Shown here one piece after another: positions 45,397 to 54,112 of a stretch of 54,112 bases of DNA. Each line of letters starts with the position of its first letter. Within the stretch, counting starts at the first letter, position 1. Source of the DNA: a virus. Lineage: Duplodnaviria > Caudoviricetes. The stretch is taken from IMG/VR virus record IMGVR_UViG_3300049008_000030, positions 1 to 54,112 of that record; one strand, given 5' to 3'. Below the pieces are notes generated by a model that searched no databases, was not told the DNA's origin, and saw only the letters and a list, made by a program, of their open reading frames with translations. The translations under genes and the position numbers were made by a program.

Positions 45397-45564
45397 TTAG
45401 CAGATGTGTGCTAATGCGTCCCAAAAGCTCTTTCTAATTTCACGATCTTGAGGGTGTTCTTCTTCCAATGTTGTAGCTATAGGGTTTTGCACAATACCTT
45501 TTAACCATCTAGCTTCTTCTTGGGTAAGACTTAGTGTTATTAATGTTTCAGTTACTATTTTCAT
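45397..45564 (-). CDS. 55-aa hypothetical protein
   Basis: Manual translation MKIVTETLITLSLTQEEARWLKGIVQNP... Confidence 0.55.
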   Translation of the reverse strand: MKIVTETLITLSLTQEEARWLKGIVQNPIATTLEEEHPQDREIRKSFWDALAHIC

Positions 45565-45593
45565 ATTTTTTATCTACATACTATGTTAAGTGG

Positions 45594-46709
45594 CTAAAGC
45601 TTTGTGGTATCTAGGTGTACTAACTTACCAAAATTTACAGATGCTATAGGGTTGTCTATACAGCACCAGATGACTGGGTACTTAGGTTCTTCTACTATTC
45701 TTCTACAGAGTAGATCTGAGAATACAAGAAGCACCGTAGGTGACTTATCTTTTAAGTAGTCAAAGACTGGCTGTAGGTTAGTTCCTCCTCCACCCATAAA
45801 TAGTACATCTTCTATTTTTTCATCTTGGTTTAGGATGGTTACTTTTTTTACTTCGGTATCAAAAGGAATGATGGTGGTTCTGATAGGATTAACGGTTTCA
45901 CGTATCCCTAGCATTTCTGTAATGAAGATTGGGAAAGACTGTACCATTGAGTAGCTAATGTCTGCTGCTATCACTAGATGATCCATTTGTTCAGAGTAGA
46001 GTCTTGGTAAATAGAAGTCAGGCATATATCTCTTGTTTGGTTTCCTAAAGGAATAATCATTAGCAGCAAAGGCAGAGAAGAAATCTTGTAAGATGACATT
46101 CCAAGGTAATAATGGATTGACTATCTTTTCAATAGCCATTAATACATCACCCGGTACAGTCCCCGGAGCATCCCCCATTAATCTTGATTGGGTCGTAGCT
46201 TTAATCAATATCTCTGTGATCTGTTCTTGGATCGCCTTTACTTCTTCAGGGTCACTGGGAACGCTGATGTCTACGTCATAGCTTTCATTGTTCTGTTCTT
46301 CTTGCTTAGAATAGATGGCAGCATAGACTTGCTCTGTTGTCATTTTATTGTACAGTGGATCACTTAACCCACCTTCAGGAAGCTCGTAAGAGCTATCTAG
46401 CAGCATGTTATTAATAACGTAGTCTGCTGCTTTATTCCAAGTAGGGAAGTGTCTATCGCCTGCTCTGGTAATATGATCAAAGGCTACATGCCAAGCTTCG
46501 TGAGCTAGTAAACCTAATTGTTGCTTAGGTGTTAATCCAAGGAACCATGTAGGATTAATCCTAAGCTCTATTCCATTAGTACAGGCTGTTGGTATTGCAT
46601 AATCTTCTATGTGTTTAAGTGAGAAGACTATGGTGGATAAGAACACGCTATTCTTGTGCATGATCAAAGCTATCTTAGCTTTGTCCAACGCATCTGAAAA
46701 TTGACTCAT
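45594..46709 (-). CDS. Metallopeptidase-vWA domain protein (N4 gp25-like)
   Basis: TACTNG, HEAWH zinc motif, WN.AADYVIN, MIDAS DISYS, GGGT. Confidence 0.9.
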   Translation of the reverse strand: MSQFSDALDKAKIALIMHKNSVFLSTIVFSLKHIEDYAIPTACTNGIELRINPTWFLGLTPKQQLGLLAHEAWHVAFDHITRAGDRHFPTWNKAADYVINNMLLDSSYELPEGGLSDPLYNKMTTEQVYAAIYSKQEEQNNESYDVDISVPSDPEEVKAIQEQITEILIKATTQSRLMGDAPGTVPGDVLMAIEKIVNPLLPWNVILQDFFSAFAANDYSFRKPNKRYMPDFYLPRLYSEQMDHLVIAADISYSMVQSFPIFITEMLGIRETVNPIRTTIIPFDTEVKKVTILNQDEKIEDVLFMGGGGTNLQPVFDYLKDKSPTVLLVFSDLLCRRIVEEPKYPVIWCCIDNPIASVNFGKLVHLDTTKL

Positions 46710-46732
46710 GGTAGTTGCCTATTCGTTGGTAT

Positions 46733-46963
46733 TTAAAAAAAGTCTCCTGATCTCATGGCTTCGTTATCTGAAATATCAGGGCAGTAGCCGTAGTTGCCAA
46801 GGTTGTTCTTCAGATACTCCCCCGCACTTACCATCTTGCTTAATGCTTGTTCTTGTTTTGGGGAACACCAGCCTTGCTTCTCAACACTACAGCCGAACAA
46901 TCTATAACCAAAGCCAAGGTTTTTTGCTTTTTCTATTATATCTATCTGATATTCTGTAAACAT
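46733..46963 (-). CDS. Hypothetical protein
   Basis: 76 aa, GGAG RBS. Confidence 0.6.
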   Translation of the reverse strand: MFTEYQIDIIEKAKNLGFGYRLFGCSVEKQGWCSPKQEQALSKMVSAGEYLKNNLGNYGYCPDISDNEAMRSGDFF

Positions 46964-46977
46964 GGCGTATTCTCCAG

Positions 46978-47178
46978 TTAGTCTCCAAAGAGTTCAAGCC
47001 AGCAACGCCAGAGAGTTTCTTTGCTTCTGGGAGTATCGTTATATATTTCATCTAACACATCCCCTAGTCTCCTAGGAGCTATTGTTGGTTCTCTGCTAGA
47101 TGGCATAAATGCCGGAATGTGTACTCCTTCATCTATGCTTTTTTGGTGTCTGTACGCTGCGTATTCATCATCAGTCAT
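46978..47178 (-). CDS. Hypothetical protein
   Basis: 66 aa, AAGGA RBS. Confidence 0.55.
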   Translation of the reverse strand: MTDDEYAAYRHQKSIDEGVHIPAFMPSSREPTIAPRRLGDVLDEIYNDTPRSKETLWRCWLELFGD

Positions 47179-47204
47179 TAGTGTTTTTCCTTAGTATTTA
47201 AAGT

Positions 47205-48230
47205 TTACAACATTCTTGAAGCATTTCTACTAGCCCATTGTTTAACTAGGGTATTGCTTATTAGCTTTGTATTGTTTTTGATAGCTCCGCTTAATGAGAT
47301 TACTTGAAACTCTACAGGCAGTCTTTCTGTGTATTGCACTAGACTATCTATATTGGTTTCAGTTATCTTATGCGCTATTAGTCCTGCTACTGCATATAAC
47401 GCTGAAGGTTCGTTAGGTATTCTTGCTGTCAATGGATTCTTGATTAGCTCCTCTACTTGAGGTAAATCATCGAAGACTTGTACGAAGCCATAGAACTGTC
47501 TTGCTGAACCTTCACCTACACAACCTGCTAACAAGGGAAGTAGATCATGCTTGATCTGTGTTTCTTGTTTAATAATGGTAGATAGAAACTCCCAAGTTCT
47601 TGGATTTGCAAAGGTTTTATCATTATGATTTGGATCGAATATCATTAGACCATCCGGCTTATAGTTAATATAAGCTTGTACTCGATAGTCTATGCCAGCG
47701 GTAGCTGCCCATTCTAACCAATGCTTAGGATTGATCTTTAATTCAAGATGAACCAATCGAGATTGCATAGCAGTAGATAGTCTATTGGTAATAGCGTTAT
47801 CGGTTGCTAAGTTACCTGCGGCTACGATAGCTACGTTCTTATGTAACTTAAACTCACCTACCATTTTATCTAAGATAAGTTTGTAAGCTGCACTTTGTAC
47901 GCTTAAGGGTGCTGAATTAAATTCATCTAAGAATAATAACCAACCGTTGTATCCTTTGGGTAATGGATCTCCCTGAATAGGGAAGGCGGTCATTGGCGCA
48001 TAACCACATCTGGTCCTATCGGTATTGAATGTAGGCATTCCCAAAAGATCTGTGGGATCACATTGAGATAGCCTAAGATCAATTACTTTTAAACCAAACT
48101 TTTTAGCTAACTGATAAACTAAGCTGCTCTTAGATGTTCCAGGTGAACCAGATAACATTGTGACTAATCCTGCTCTTAATACCTTTTCCATCAGAGCGGG
48201 TGCTTGATGGGTATCGACTGTTATAGGCAT
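47205..48230 (-). CDS. MoxR-like AAA+ ATPase (N4 gp24-like)
   Basis: GSPGTSKS Walker A, IDLRLSQ.DP.DL.G, LFLDE Walker B, AAGN, PRTWE. Confidence 0.9.
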   Translation of the reverse strand: MPITVDTHQAPALMEKVLRAGLVTMLSGSPGTSKSSLVYQLAKKFGLKVIDLRLSQCDPTDLLGMPTFNTDRTRCGYAPMTAFPIQGDPLPKGYNGWLLFLDEFNSAPLSVQSAAYKLILDKMVGEFKLHKNVAIVAAGNLATDNAITNRLSTAMQSRLVHLELKINPKHWLEWAATAGIDYRVQAYINYKPDGLMIFDPNHNDKTFANPRTWEFLSTIIKQETQIKHDLLPLLAGCVGEGSARQFYGFVQVFDDLPQVEELIKNPLTARIPNEPSALYAVAGLIAHKITETNIDSLVQYTERLPVEFQVISLSGAIKNNTKLISNTLVKQWASRNASRML

Positions 48231-48592
48231 TGTTGTTCCTTGGTTATGTTGTGCTTTAGATAGATTAGTTTAGCTAGCGTAATTATTTCTTGATTTACTG
48301 TTTTGTGGTCTTGTTGTTGATCTGAGGCGTACTGTTCAGCATAACCTTCTAAGTAATCTAAACTACTGCTTGAGCATGTAGTACCTTTAGCGCAGTCAGT
48401 TCTACCAATTAATTTTGCAGCCTCTTCATTTTCAATGAGCCTTACGGAGAATTTTTTAACTGCTTCAGTCAATCCAGCATAAGCTGCTTCAGCTTTTACT
48501 TTGCGCTGTGCTGATTCAGTATTGGTAGCATAAACCAAGCTTGAGTAACTTGGACCTTTCTTAAAATTTATCTCTACGTGATATTTATTCAT
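48221..48592 (-). CDS. Hypothetical protein
   Basis: 123 aa, GAGG RBS. Confidence 0.6.
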   Translation of the reverse strand: MNKYHVEINFKKGPSYSSLVYATNTESAQRKVKAEAAYAGLTEAVKKFSVRLIENEEAAKLIGRTDCAKGTTCSSSSLDYLEGYAEQYASDQQQDHKTVNQEIITLAKLIYLKHNITKEQQCL

Positions 48593-48780
48593 TAGTTAAC
48601 CTCTCTGGTAGTTGTTGTTTGGACCTTAGGTAGCAGGATATATACGGCTGGTTACTGTTTCAGGCGTTCAGTGAGTGCTACTCACCTTCCTTTTGTATGC
48701 GGGAACTTCACCTAGGATTTTTTGAAGCCACTTTGCTTACTCAATAACCATGCGTATAATCCCGCTTTTCTATTGTCAAA

Positions 48781-49029
48781 CTAAAGTTTTGGTGAACGCC
48801 TTGTATTCTTAAAGGTTGGTGATCTATCGAGTGATTTGTAGAACTCATGTAATCGTGAGTTCTTGTAATCATTCGGGTGGATTGCACAGTTGACATGGTA
48901 CTTGGTTCCGTCTTCGGGAAGCTCAAATATATATACTCCTTGGTTAGTAATGGTGTAGTCACCCTTCTTGTTGTATATTGCTAAGTAGATTTGTTTTTGT
49001 AACCATTCTTTTAGCTTCTTCTTATTCAT
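48781..49029 (-). CDS. Hypothetical protein
   Basis: 82 aa, overlaps upstream stop. Confidence 0.5.
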   Translation of the reverse strand: MNKKKLKEWLQKQIYLAIYNKKGDYTITNQGVYIFELPEDGTKYHVNCAIHPNDYKNSRLHEFYKSLDRSPTFKNTRRSPKL

Positions 49030-49225
49030 AATTCAGCTTTATAAATTCTGGGTTTACATCAATGTACTGTGTAATCTTAATGAACTCATCACCGTGACTA
49101 TCTGTTGATAGATCACGTTCCTGGTAGCCATCAGTATCGTAGTCATGGCTGACTATCTTCAAACCATCTTGATCGGCTATTACTTGTTGGATAATGCCAC
49201 CTTCTACGATTAAAATTACTTTCAT
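49022..49225 (-). CDS. Hypothetical protein
   Basis: V.GG..Q.V..D....DYD.D motif common in phage small proteins. Confidence 0.6.
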   Translation of the reverse strand: MKVILIVEGGIIQQVIADQDGLKIVSHDYDTDGYQERDLSTDSHGDEFIKITQYIDVNPEFIKLNYE

Positions 49226-49449
49226 GCCGCTCTCTTATTAAGGGTTAATATGGGCCTTGTAGACTTACGTTGTGTGAAGTACTTTAGGGTGTTTTCATCT
49301 AAGGCTTTTTTCATTTTGACGTAAGCAATGCTTACTGGAATGCCTAGACTATCTAGGTATGTTTTAAATTCTTCAGAGGTAGAACTTTCTTTAAGTAAGA
49401 TTAAAGCAGTTCCTTCTGTCAGTTTGGTAGTGTTTTGTTGTGTTGTCAT
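49222..49449 (-). CDS. Hypothetical protein
   Basis: 75 aa; ATGA overlap with next gene. Confidence 0.55.
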   Translation of the reverse strand: MTTQQNTTKLTEGTALILLKESSTSEEFKTYLDSLGIPVSIAYVKMKKALDENTLKYFTQRKSTRPILTLNKRAA

Positions 49450-49531
49450 ATAGGTTATGTATAGTAATAATTGGGGTGATTTGGTTTTTTAGCATATAGG
49501 TTTGATGTTTTTTAAACTTCTCTGACTAACC

Positions 49532-49564
49532 AAAAAAAATTAATGAAAGCAGCCGAAGGCTGCT
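49532..49564 (-). terminator. Intrinsic terminator after RNAP2
   Basis: AGCAGCC-TTC-GGCTGCT then T-rich tail on - strand. Confidence 0.7.
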
Positions 49565-49577
49565 CTCAAATTTGTTA

Positions 49578-49851
49578 TTAACTAAGCGCGTACTCTGAGT
49601 TCAGAATCTCTGCTGATAGGTTATGTGAAAGTTTTGTGTACTTCACTGGCTCACCTATTAACTGCCCTAATATGTCCCCTAAGATGTCTTTAGAAGCTAT
49701 GTCAGCTAGTATTAATACGTAGTTCTCCCTTACCTTTTGGATATGGTTAGGTGATGCGAAGTACGCATCGTGGATAGTTACCATTTCAAAGCCTTGAGCA
49801 TGCGCCATACGTACCATTTCACGTACAACATAGGCATCTACTGAATGTACT
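49578..49851 (-). CDS. RNA polymerase II subunit 2 (N4 gp16-like), exon 2
   Basis: Frame reads VHSVDAYVVREM...VTIHDAY (motif C)...SEYALS. Confidence 0.9.
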
Positions 49852-50914
49852 CAAATGTTAAATCAAGACGTTACTCTTGACCCTTAAATATATTATAAAT
49901 AGCAGCATTTCCTACATTAAACTTAGCTGAGATCTCTACACCGTTAAGACCTTCAGCATGAAGCTGAAGTATCTCTTCTACATCGGTATGAGATAACCTT
50001 ATGTTAGGATGTTTACCGTAATTGTCTCTGTTGGTTGCGAAACCTACGTTAACTTTTGCAGAAACAAACTGACACGTTGTTGGGCTGTATATGTGAGGAT
50101 GTATATTAAGTTGTTCAGATAGAATATCTTTATCTATATGTAGTCCCTTAACCCATCCATTAGCTAGACCCCACTCAATAAATGCTTGAGGGTTATCACG
50201 CCATTCTTCACATACAGTCACACCCATCCCCATATACCATTGATACCCTTGACCATTTTCGTTGTAACACCTATCCATCATGCCTCTGTAGGCTTTATAT
50301 AATGGGTGAGTATTACTTGCTTTGCGGTAGCCGTGCTTTGTTTTTCTAGCAAGTTCTACACAACCACATGAAGGTGTCTCAGGATCTAGGGATTGGTACT
50401 TCTTAGTTTGATGTTTGATCGTATTGGCTCTAGCAGTATGTGGTTTTCCACAGTCGCACTGATATACCCAAAACGCATTTCCTATAGCATCTTTATGTAT
50501 GAACTCTTTGGCTACTAATGACCCAAACCGCTCGTTGGTTATATCTACTATAGGTCTTTTTGCTCTGGTTTTTGCTATTTTCATTGGTTTTCCTTATTAA
50601 TCAATACAATGTAATTATACACTGAGTTGATGTGTTAGGAAAGCTACTATTTATATTTAAGTCTCTGATTTTCATCAGAGTATCGGACTATATCTTCACC
50701 CTCTTTTCAGTAGGGGCAAGGCACTTCGGATCTCACTTGAGTATCCTACGAACATTATTGACCAGCAATACTGGCTTCTCGTTCTAGTCTCTGAACCTTC
50801 AAGAATATTACTACTCTTGCTTGGCTGCTGATTAGCATAGGAGTTACCCCTAAGCCTTCCAGCAATTCACCTTGTTTTCTTCTCACCCTCTCGGATGCGT
50901 GACGCAGTTACGCT
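49852..50914 (-). ncRNA. Group I intron (IA2-like), 1063 nt
   Basis: P AAUUGCUGGAA, Q AAUCAGCAG, R GUUCAGAGACUA, S AAGAUAUAGUC; P1 ACGU/GCGU with U-G; terminal G at 49852. Confidence 0.9.
49871..50584 (-). CDS. Intron-encoded Cys-rich HNH-like homing endonuclease
   Basis: FG.L, W...CDCG, SCGC, M..RCYN, G.TVC.EW, IDKD, YSP.TC.FV...N; C-terminal HTH. Confidence 0.85.
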   Translation of the reverse strand: MKIAKTRAKRPIVDITNERFGSLVAKEFIHKDAIGNAFWVYQCDCGKPHTARANTIKHQTKKYQSLDPETPSCGCVELARKTKHGYRKASNTHPLYKAYRGMMDRCYNENGQGYQWYMGMGVTVCEEWRDNPQAFIEWGLANGWVKGLHIDKDILSEQLNIHPHIYSPTTCQFVSAKVNVGFATNRDNYGKHPNIRLSHTDVEEILQLHAEGLNGVEISAKFNVGNAAIYNIFKGQE

Positions 50915-51630
50915 ACGTTTGCTATAAGTGGTATGTTGTATGTACTTGGCTCATTTATCTCTGTTACGTAGGTGAAGGTAGCCTTGTTTAGCTCGGCTAC
51001 CTCAATCTTCTTATACACTTCTACCTTTACAGGTACATACGCTGTATGCCCATCAGGCAATGTCCAAACATGAACAAAAGTATCTGGGTCCCAACATTTC
51101 AGTATGTCAGACATCATCTCCATAGGTCCCGGACACTCTTTCTCTAGCGTTGCATAGAAGGCAGCAAGCTCTGTAGTATCCTCACCGAAGACATTCTTAG
51201 GCTCTTGTTTAGACCCATAGAACACTGTCATTACAGGTGGTTTTATACCATCTCTGGTATATCCACCTAGGCTCAATAGATTCATGGTATCAGTGACTTT
51301 GTTATAGAAGTCCTCCCGTTTGCCTGTATTTATTAAGTTGGTATTCTTGGCTGTAGTCCTACAACCCGTTAGGCAAGCCATGAGCTGTAGACCTGATTGC
51401 GTGGCATCAAGACCTACCATATAGCCTGTAGCTACGCCCATTTCAGCATCATACTTGGCTCGAATAGCCTTTAGATACAGATAAGGATCATCTGCATCTA
51501 GTGACAATTCTTCAAGGTTTGCTTCATTGTCTTTTACCCACTGGATACGTTCATCCCAGGTTAGCTTGTCTAATCCGTAGCAATTTGCTATGTCGATTAG
51601 TATGTATTCATACCCTGTAAATTTCTGCAC
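50915..51630 (-). CDS. RNA polymerase II subunit 2 (N4 gp16-like), exon 1
   Basis: F..YEY.LIDIAN.YGLDK..W.ERI.W, motif A LDATQSGLQ, motif B R...K...MT.FYGS, W.LPDG; GTG start. Confidence 0.92.
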
Positions 51631-51631
51631 G

Positions 51632-52558
51632 TTATACTCCTTGGATTATTTCTTGTTTAGCAAGATTGATTAGACTCTTCTTATAGTCAGTTGATTGGAT
51701 GTTGATGTGGTATCCAACTGAGTAGACTCTACCTCGCTTGTCATACTTCCAAGTGATGTAGAACTCGTTACCCTTGCCTAACATCATGTTGTAGATTTCT
51801 ACTGAAGTTTCTACCATTATAGTATGGTTAACTTTTCTTTGCGTTAGAGAGACTTTAGTAAGCCCTCTTTTCTTGGCTTCAGAGAGTTCTTTGTACTCTT
51901 CTTCGTACTCTAAAGCACTAATATCTAAAGATAGTTTTATACTGTTTAAGATGTTTAATACATCTAATGCTAGTGGTTGTTCGTGGTGATTACCTTTACC
52001 TAGAATTACTGAGTCTTTCTTGGTTAAGTAACCTGAAGAGCTGTTACTGGTTATCTTGTTAGGTATTACCACCAATGGTGGTAAGTACTTGGTTTTCTCC
52101 AACTTAATTTGAGTTGTTTTATCTAATGAATAGTTACTACGTATCATTAATGAGCCTGTTTCACTATCACTTGCTGCAATAACCTCGTACAAGTTAGAGA
52201 AGCAGACTACAGCTACCAGCTCTGCTGCTGTCTGTATACCAGCAACGAAGTCTTCATAGGCTAAGAACTTAGCCAAAGGAGACACTACTTGTTGATAGCT
52301 AATGTCATGACTGAACGGTATTACTGATACCAGGATATTGTTAATAATATCTACTGGATCAATGTGCTGTATCTTGGCTATCCTTTCACTCTTTGAGTTC
52401 CAGTATTCACCTTCAAAGTACTCTTCAATGAACCCTACAGCTTTAGCTATGGGGCGTTCTAATCCTGTACGAATATCGGCTAAGATACGTGCATTGTTGT
52501 TGTGCTTACCGTAGGTATCTTCTAAGATTACCTGCTCTAATCTATTTAAGAAATCCAT
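51632..52558 (-). CDS. RNA polymerase II subunit 1 (N4 gp15-like)
   Basis: YLPPLV..P...N..SGYLT, N.H....LD.LN..N, FY....YDKRGRVY..GYH.N.Q. Confidence 0.92.
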   Translation of the reverse strand: MDFLNRLEQVILEDTYGKHNNNARILADIRTGLERPIAKAVGFIEEYFEGEYWNSKSERIAKIQHIDPVDIINNILVSVIPFSHDISYQQVVSPLAKFLAYEDFVAGIQTAAELVAVVCFSNLYEVIAASDSETGSLMIRSNYSLDKTTQIKLEKTKYLPPLVVIPNKITSNSSSGYLTKKDSVILGKGNHHEQPLALDVLNILNSIKLSLDISALEYEEEYKELSEAKKRGLTKVSLTQRKVNHTIMVETSVEIYNMMLGKGNEFYITWKYDKRGRVYSVGYHINIQSTDYKKSLINLAKQEIIQGV

Positions 52559-52575
52559 GCTTTACTCCTGATATG

Positions 52576-52605
52576 AAAAAGATAAGGCTACCCTTGCAGG
52601 TAGCC
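52576..52605 (-). terminator. Intrinsic terminator
   Basis: GGCTACC-N6-GGTAGCC with T-rich tail on - strand. Confidence 0.65.
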
Positions 52606-52613
52606 ATTAGGAT

Positions 52614-52862
52614 TTACAGTGCTATGTCAGGCATATCTTCTGATACGTCAGGGATGACGTGAATACGCCCTACTAAGTTTAATGTGAAGTTTGCATCAGC
52701 TTTACATTTGTTGATGATGCTGCGCTCTACACGGTCAGTTAACTCAAGTGGAATGCCCTTGCGAAGACGATACTCATTACCTTCAGTATCAGTGAAGGTT
52801 ACGTTGATAAATGCGTCAGCTTTAGATTGACGATTGTTAGTTGAATCTGTTTTGAAAGCCAT
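52614..52862 (-). CDS. Small early protein, possibly N4 gp2-like RNAP II cofactor
   Basis: MAF...KADAFIN...GIPL; AAGGA RBS; next to RNAP1; family call is a weak resemblance. Confidence 0.45.
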   Translation of the reverse strand: MAFKTDSTNNRQSKADAFINVTFTDTEGNEYRLRKGIPLELTDRVERSIINKCKADANFTLNLVGRIHVIPDVSEDMPDIAL

Positions 52863-52969
52863 GTTAAATTCCTTAGTTAAATTACAATTAGTTAGGGATT
52901 ATTCCCTTTATTAAGAAGGTTTTGATCTTGTTATGTTTAGCGAGTGGCTCATCCTTGAGCCAATAGTTG

Positions 52970-53299
52970 TTAAGTGAGGTGCTGATCAAGGAAAGACTTA
53001 ATCGTCTCACCATGACACCGTTTTGGAGTGCAAAAGCAACCTAGCGTTACCGGTTGTACTTTAGCTAGGGCATATATCTTACGTAGCTCGTTCATCACCC
53101 CGTTATCGCTATTTTGTATCTTGTTGTCGAACCATTCTTTATATAGATCACAGACACGATCTCTCTCTTCTTGGCTTGTATTCTCCATTACAAATGGATT
53201 GCCTAAAGGGCTTCCCCTACCTATGTAGATTGCCCCTTTGTCCCACTTCTTACCGATGGTAATAGTGGCTTGTTTTTGATCTGTACGTATGTAAGCCAT
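52970..53299 (-). CDS. DUF4326 domain protein
   Basis: YIGRGS.LGNPF and LGCFC.PK.CHG. Confidence 0.85.
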   Translation of the reverse strand: MAYIRTDQKQATITIGKKWDKGAIYIGRGSPLGNPFVMENTSQEERDRVCDLYKEWFDNKIQNSDNGVMNELRKIYALAKVQPVTLGCFCTPKRCHGETIKSFLDQHLT

Positions 53300-53311
53300 T
53301 ATGTTTCTCCA

Positions 53312-53548
53312 CTAAATACTGAGGGTTACTAAGTTTATGTCTGATCCCCAAGAATCTGACGTAACGTGAACTGTTGCGTGTTCTCGCAGCATAGCCATCA
53401 ACTTCGTGCTGTTGTACTCTTTAGGTACAACAAAACCATACTCATTGAACGATACACCTGTACCGTTAAGGTCTATACCATTGCTTATTAAAAGACTTTT
53501 TAATTTTTCAATAACAATGTTACGTTCTATACCAGCTATGTAAGCCAT
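53312..53548 (-). CDS. Hypothetical early protein
   Basis: 78 aa, GGAGG RBS. Confidence 0.6.
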   Translation of the reverse strand: MAYIAGIERNIVIEKLKSLLISNGIDLNGTGVSFNEYGFVVPKEYNSTKLMAMLREHATVHVTSDSWGSDINLVTLSI

Positions 53549-53549
53549 A

Positions 53550-53867
53550 TTAGAATTCCTCCCAAGGTATGTTATTAACCTCTAAGAAAGACGTTAAAGG
53601 TTTATATAGACTTCCCCATTTGTTAGCTCTTATGACAGCGTCATTTTCAAACGCATCTACTACAAATGATTCGATATATTCAGGAATGGTAGCAACCAAA
53701 ATAGTACTACTTACCCAATCAAGAAATTCTTTAGCTGTTGGATAAGCGTTTTCTGCATATTCCTTTTCAGCCATCGCAATAGCTTCTTTATCACCTATTG
53801 TTTCTGTACGTATTGCCATACCTGCTATTACCGCAGCTGATAGATTAAATTTAATGTCAAGACCCAC
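53550..53867 (-). CDS. Hypothetical early protein
   Basis: 105 aa, GTG start with GGAG RBS. Confidence 0.6.
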   Translation of the reverse strand: MGLDIKFNLSAAVIAGMAIRTETIGDKEAIAMAEKEYAENAYPTAKEFLDWVSSTILVATIPEYIESFVVDAFENDAVIRANKWGSLYKPLTSFLEVNNIPWEEF

Positions 53868-54112
53868 GATGATTCTCCAATGTTAATGTAATGATATTTC
53901 CTTTATTAAGAATGAGAAATAACAAACTGTTGATAGTCTATGTACTATTAAGAAACAATAGACTTCTATAGACTTATGAATAAGTTAGGTGATTGTTGCC
54001 TAGATGTAGACAGTGTGGAAATACATTGGGGTATATCAAATGTGTTAAAGTGAAACTCCCTTTCCCTTCACCACTCCAGTTTGTGTTACTTGTATAACTA
54101 TTCCCTTATAGA

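Noticed and set aside
36153-48658. CTGGTTACTGT shared between 36153-36163 and 48648-48658
   Set aside because: An 11-nt match is expected by chance many times in 54 kb
49549-49563. GCAGCC-GAA-GGCTGC hairpin as a vRNAP promoter
   Set aside because: Better explained as the terminator just after the RNAP2 stop; spacing does not match N4 early promoters
27444-53228. + strand ORFs overlapping - strand replication and early genes
   Set aside because: Fully nested antisense frames with no recognisable features
1-54112. tRNA genes, CRISPR arrays, stop-codon reassignment, diversity-generating retroelement
   Set aside because: No cloverleaf or repeat-spacer array seen by eye; gene breaks are explained by introns or a real split; no reverse transcriptase. 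A tRNA scan was not run

Overview
This window is most of the genome of an N4-like podophage (Schitoviridae). The + strand (1-23239) holds the late module in N4 gp59-gp50 order: portal, scaffold-like protein, major capsid, gp55/54/53/52/51-like proteins and a 3773-aa virion RNA polymerase in which I found no cysteine. The - strand (23273-54112) holds early/middle genes: two-subunit RNAP II, MoxR-AAA/vWA pair, class II ribonucleotide reductase (NrdJa/b), dUTPase, family A DNA polymerase, ThyX, exonuclease, primase, AAA ATPase, SSB and a RusA-like protein. Unusual points: (1) a tyrosine integrase plus PrtN-like excisionase flank an intact attP carrying a replacement 5' end of host dusA, suggesting a temperate member of a group whose characterised isolates are mostly lytic; (2) two IA2-type group I introns with homing endonucleases interrupt the RNAP2 and AAA ATPase genes, and the predicted splice sites restore both frames; (3) the DNA polymerase is split into two genes with a 191-bp structured element bounded by perfect 23-bp inverted repeats between them; (4) the vRNAP has Phe at the conserved motif-B Tyr, plus an SNase-like N-terminal region and an extra zincin-like region; (5) a stand-alone 21-aa Lys/Gly mini-gene and a ~90-aa capsid insertion. 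All calls come from motif recognition and manual base-pairing; no searches were run.
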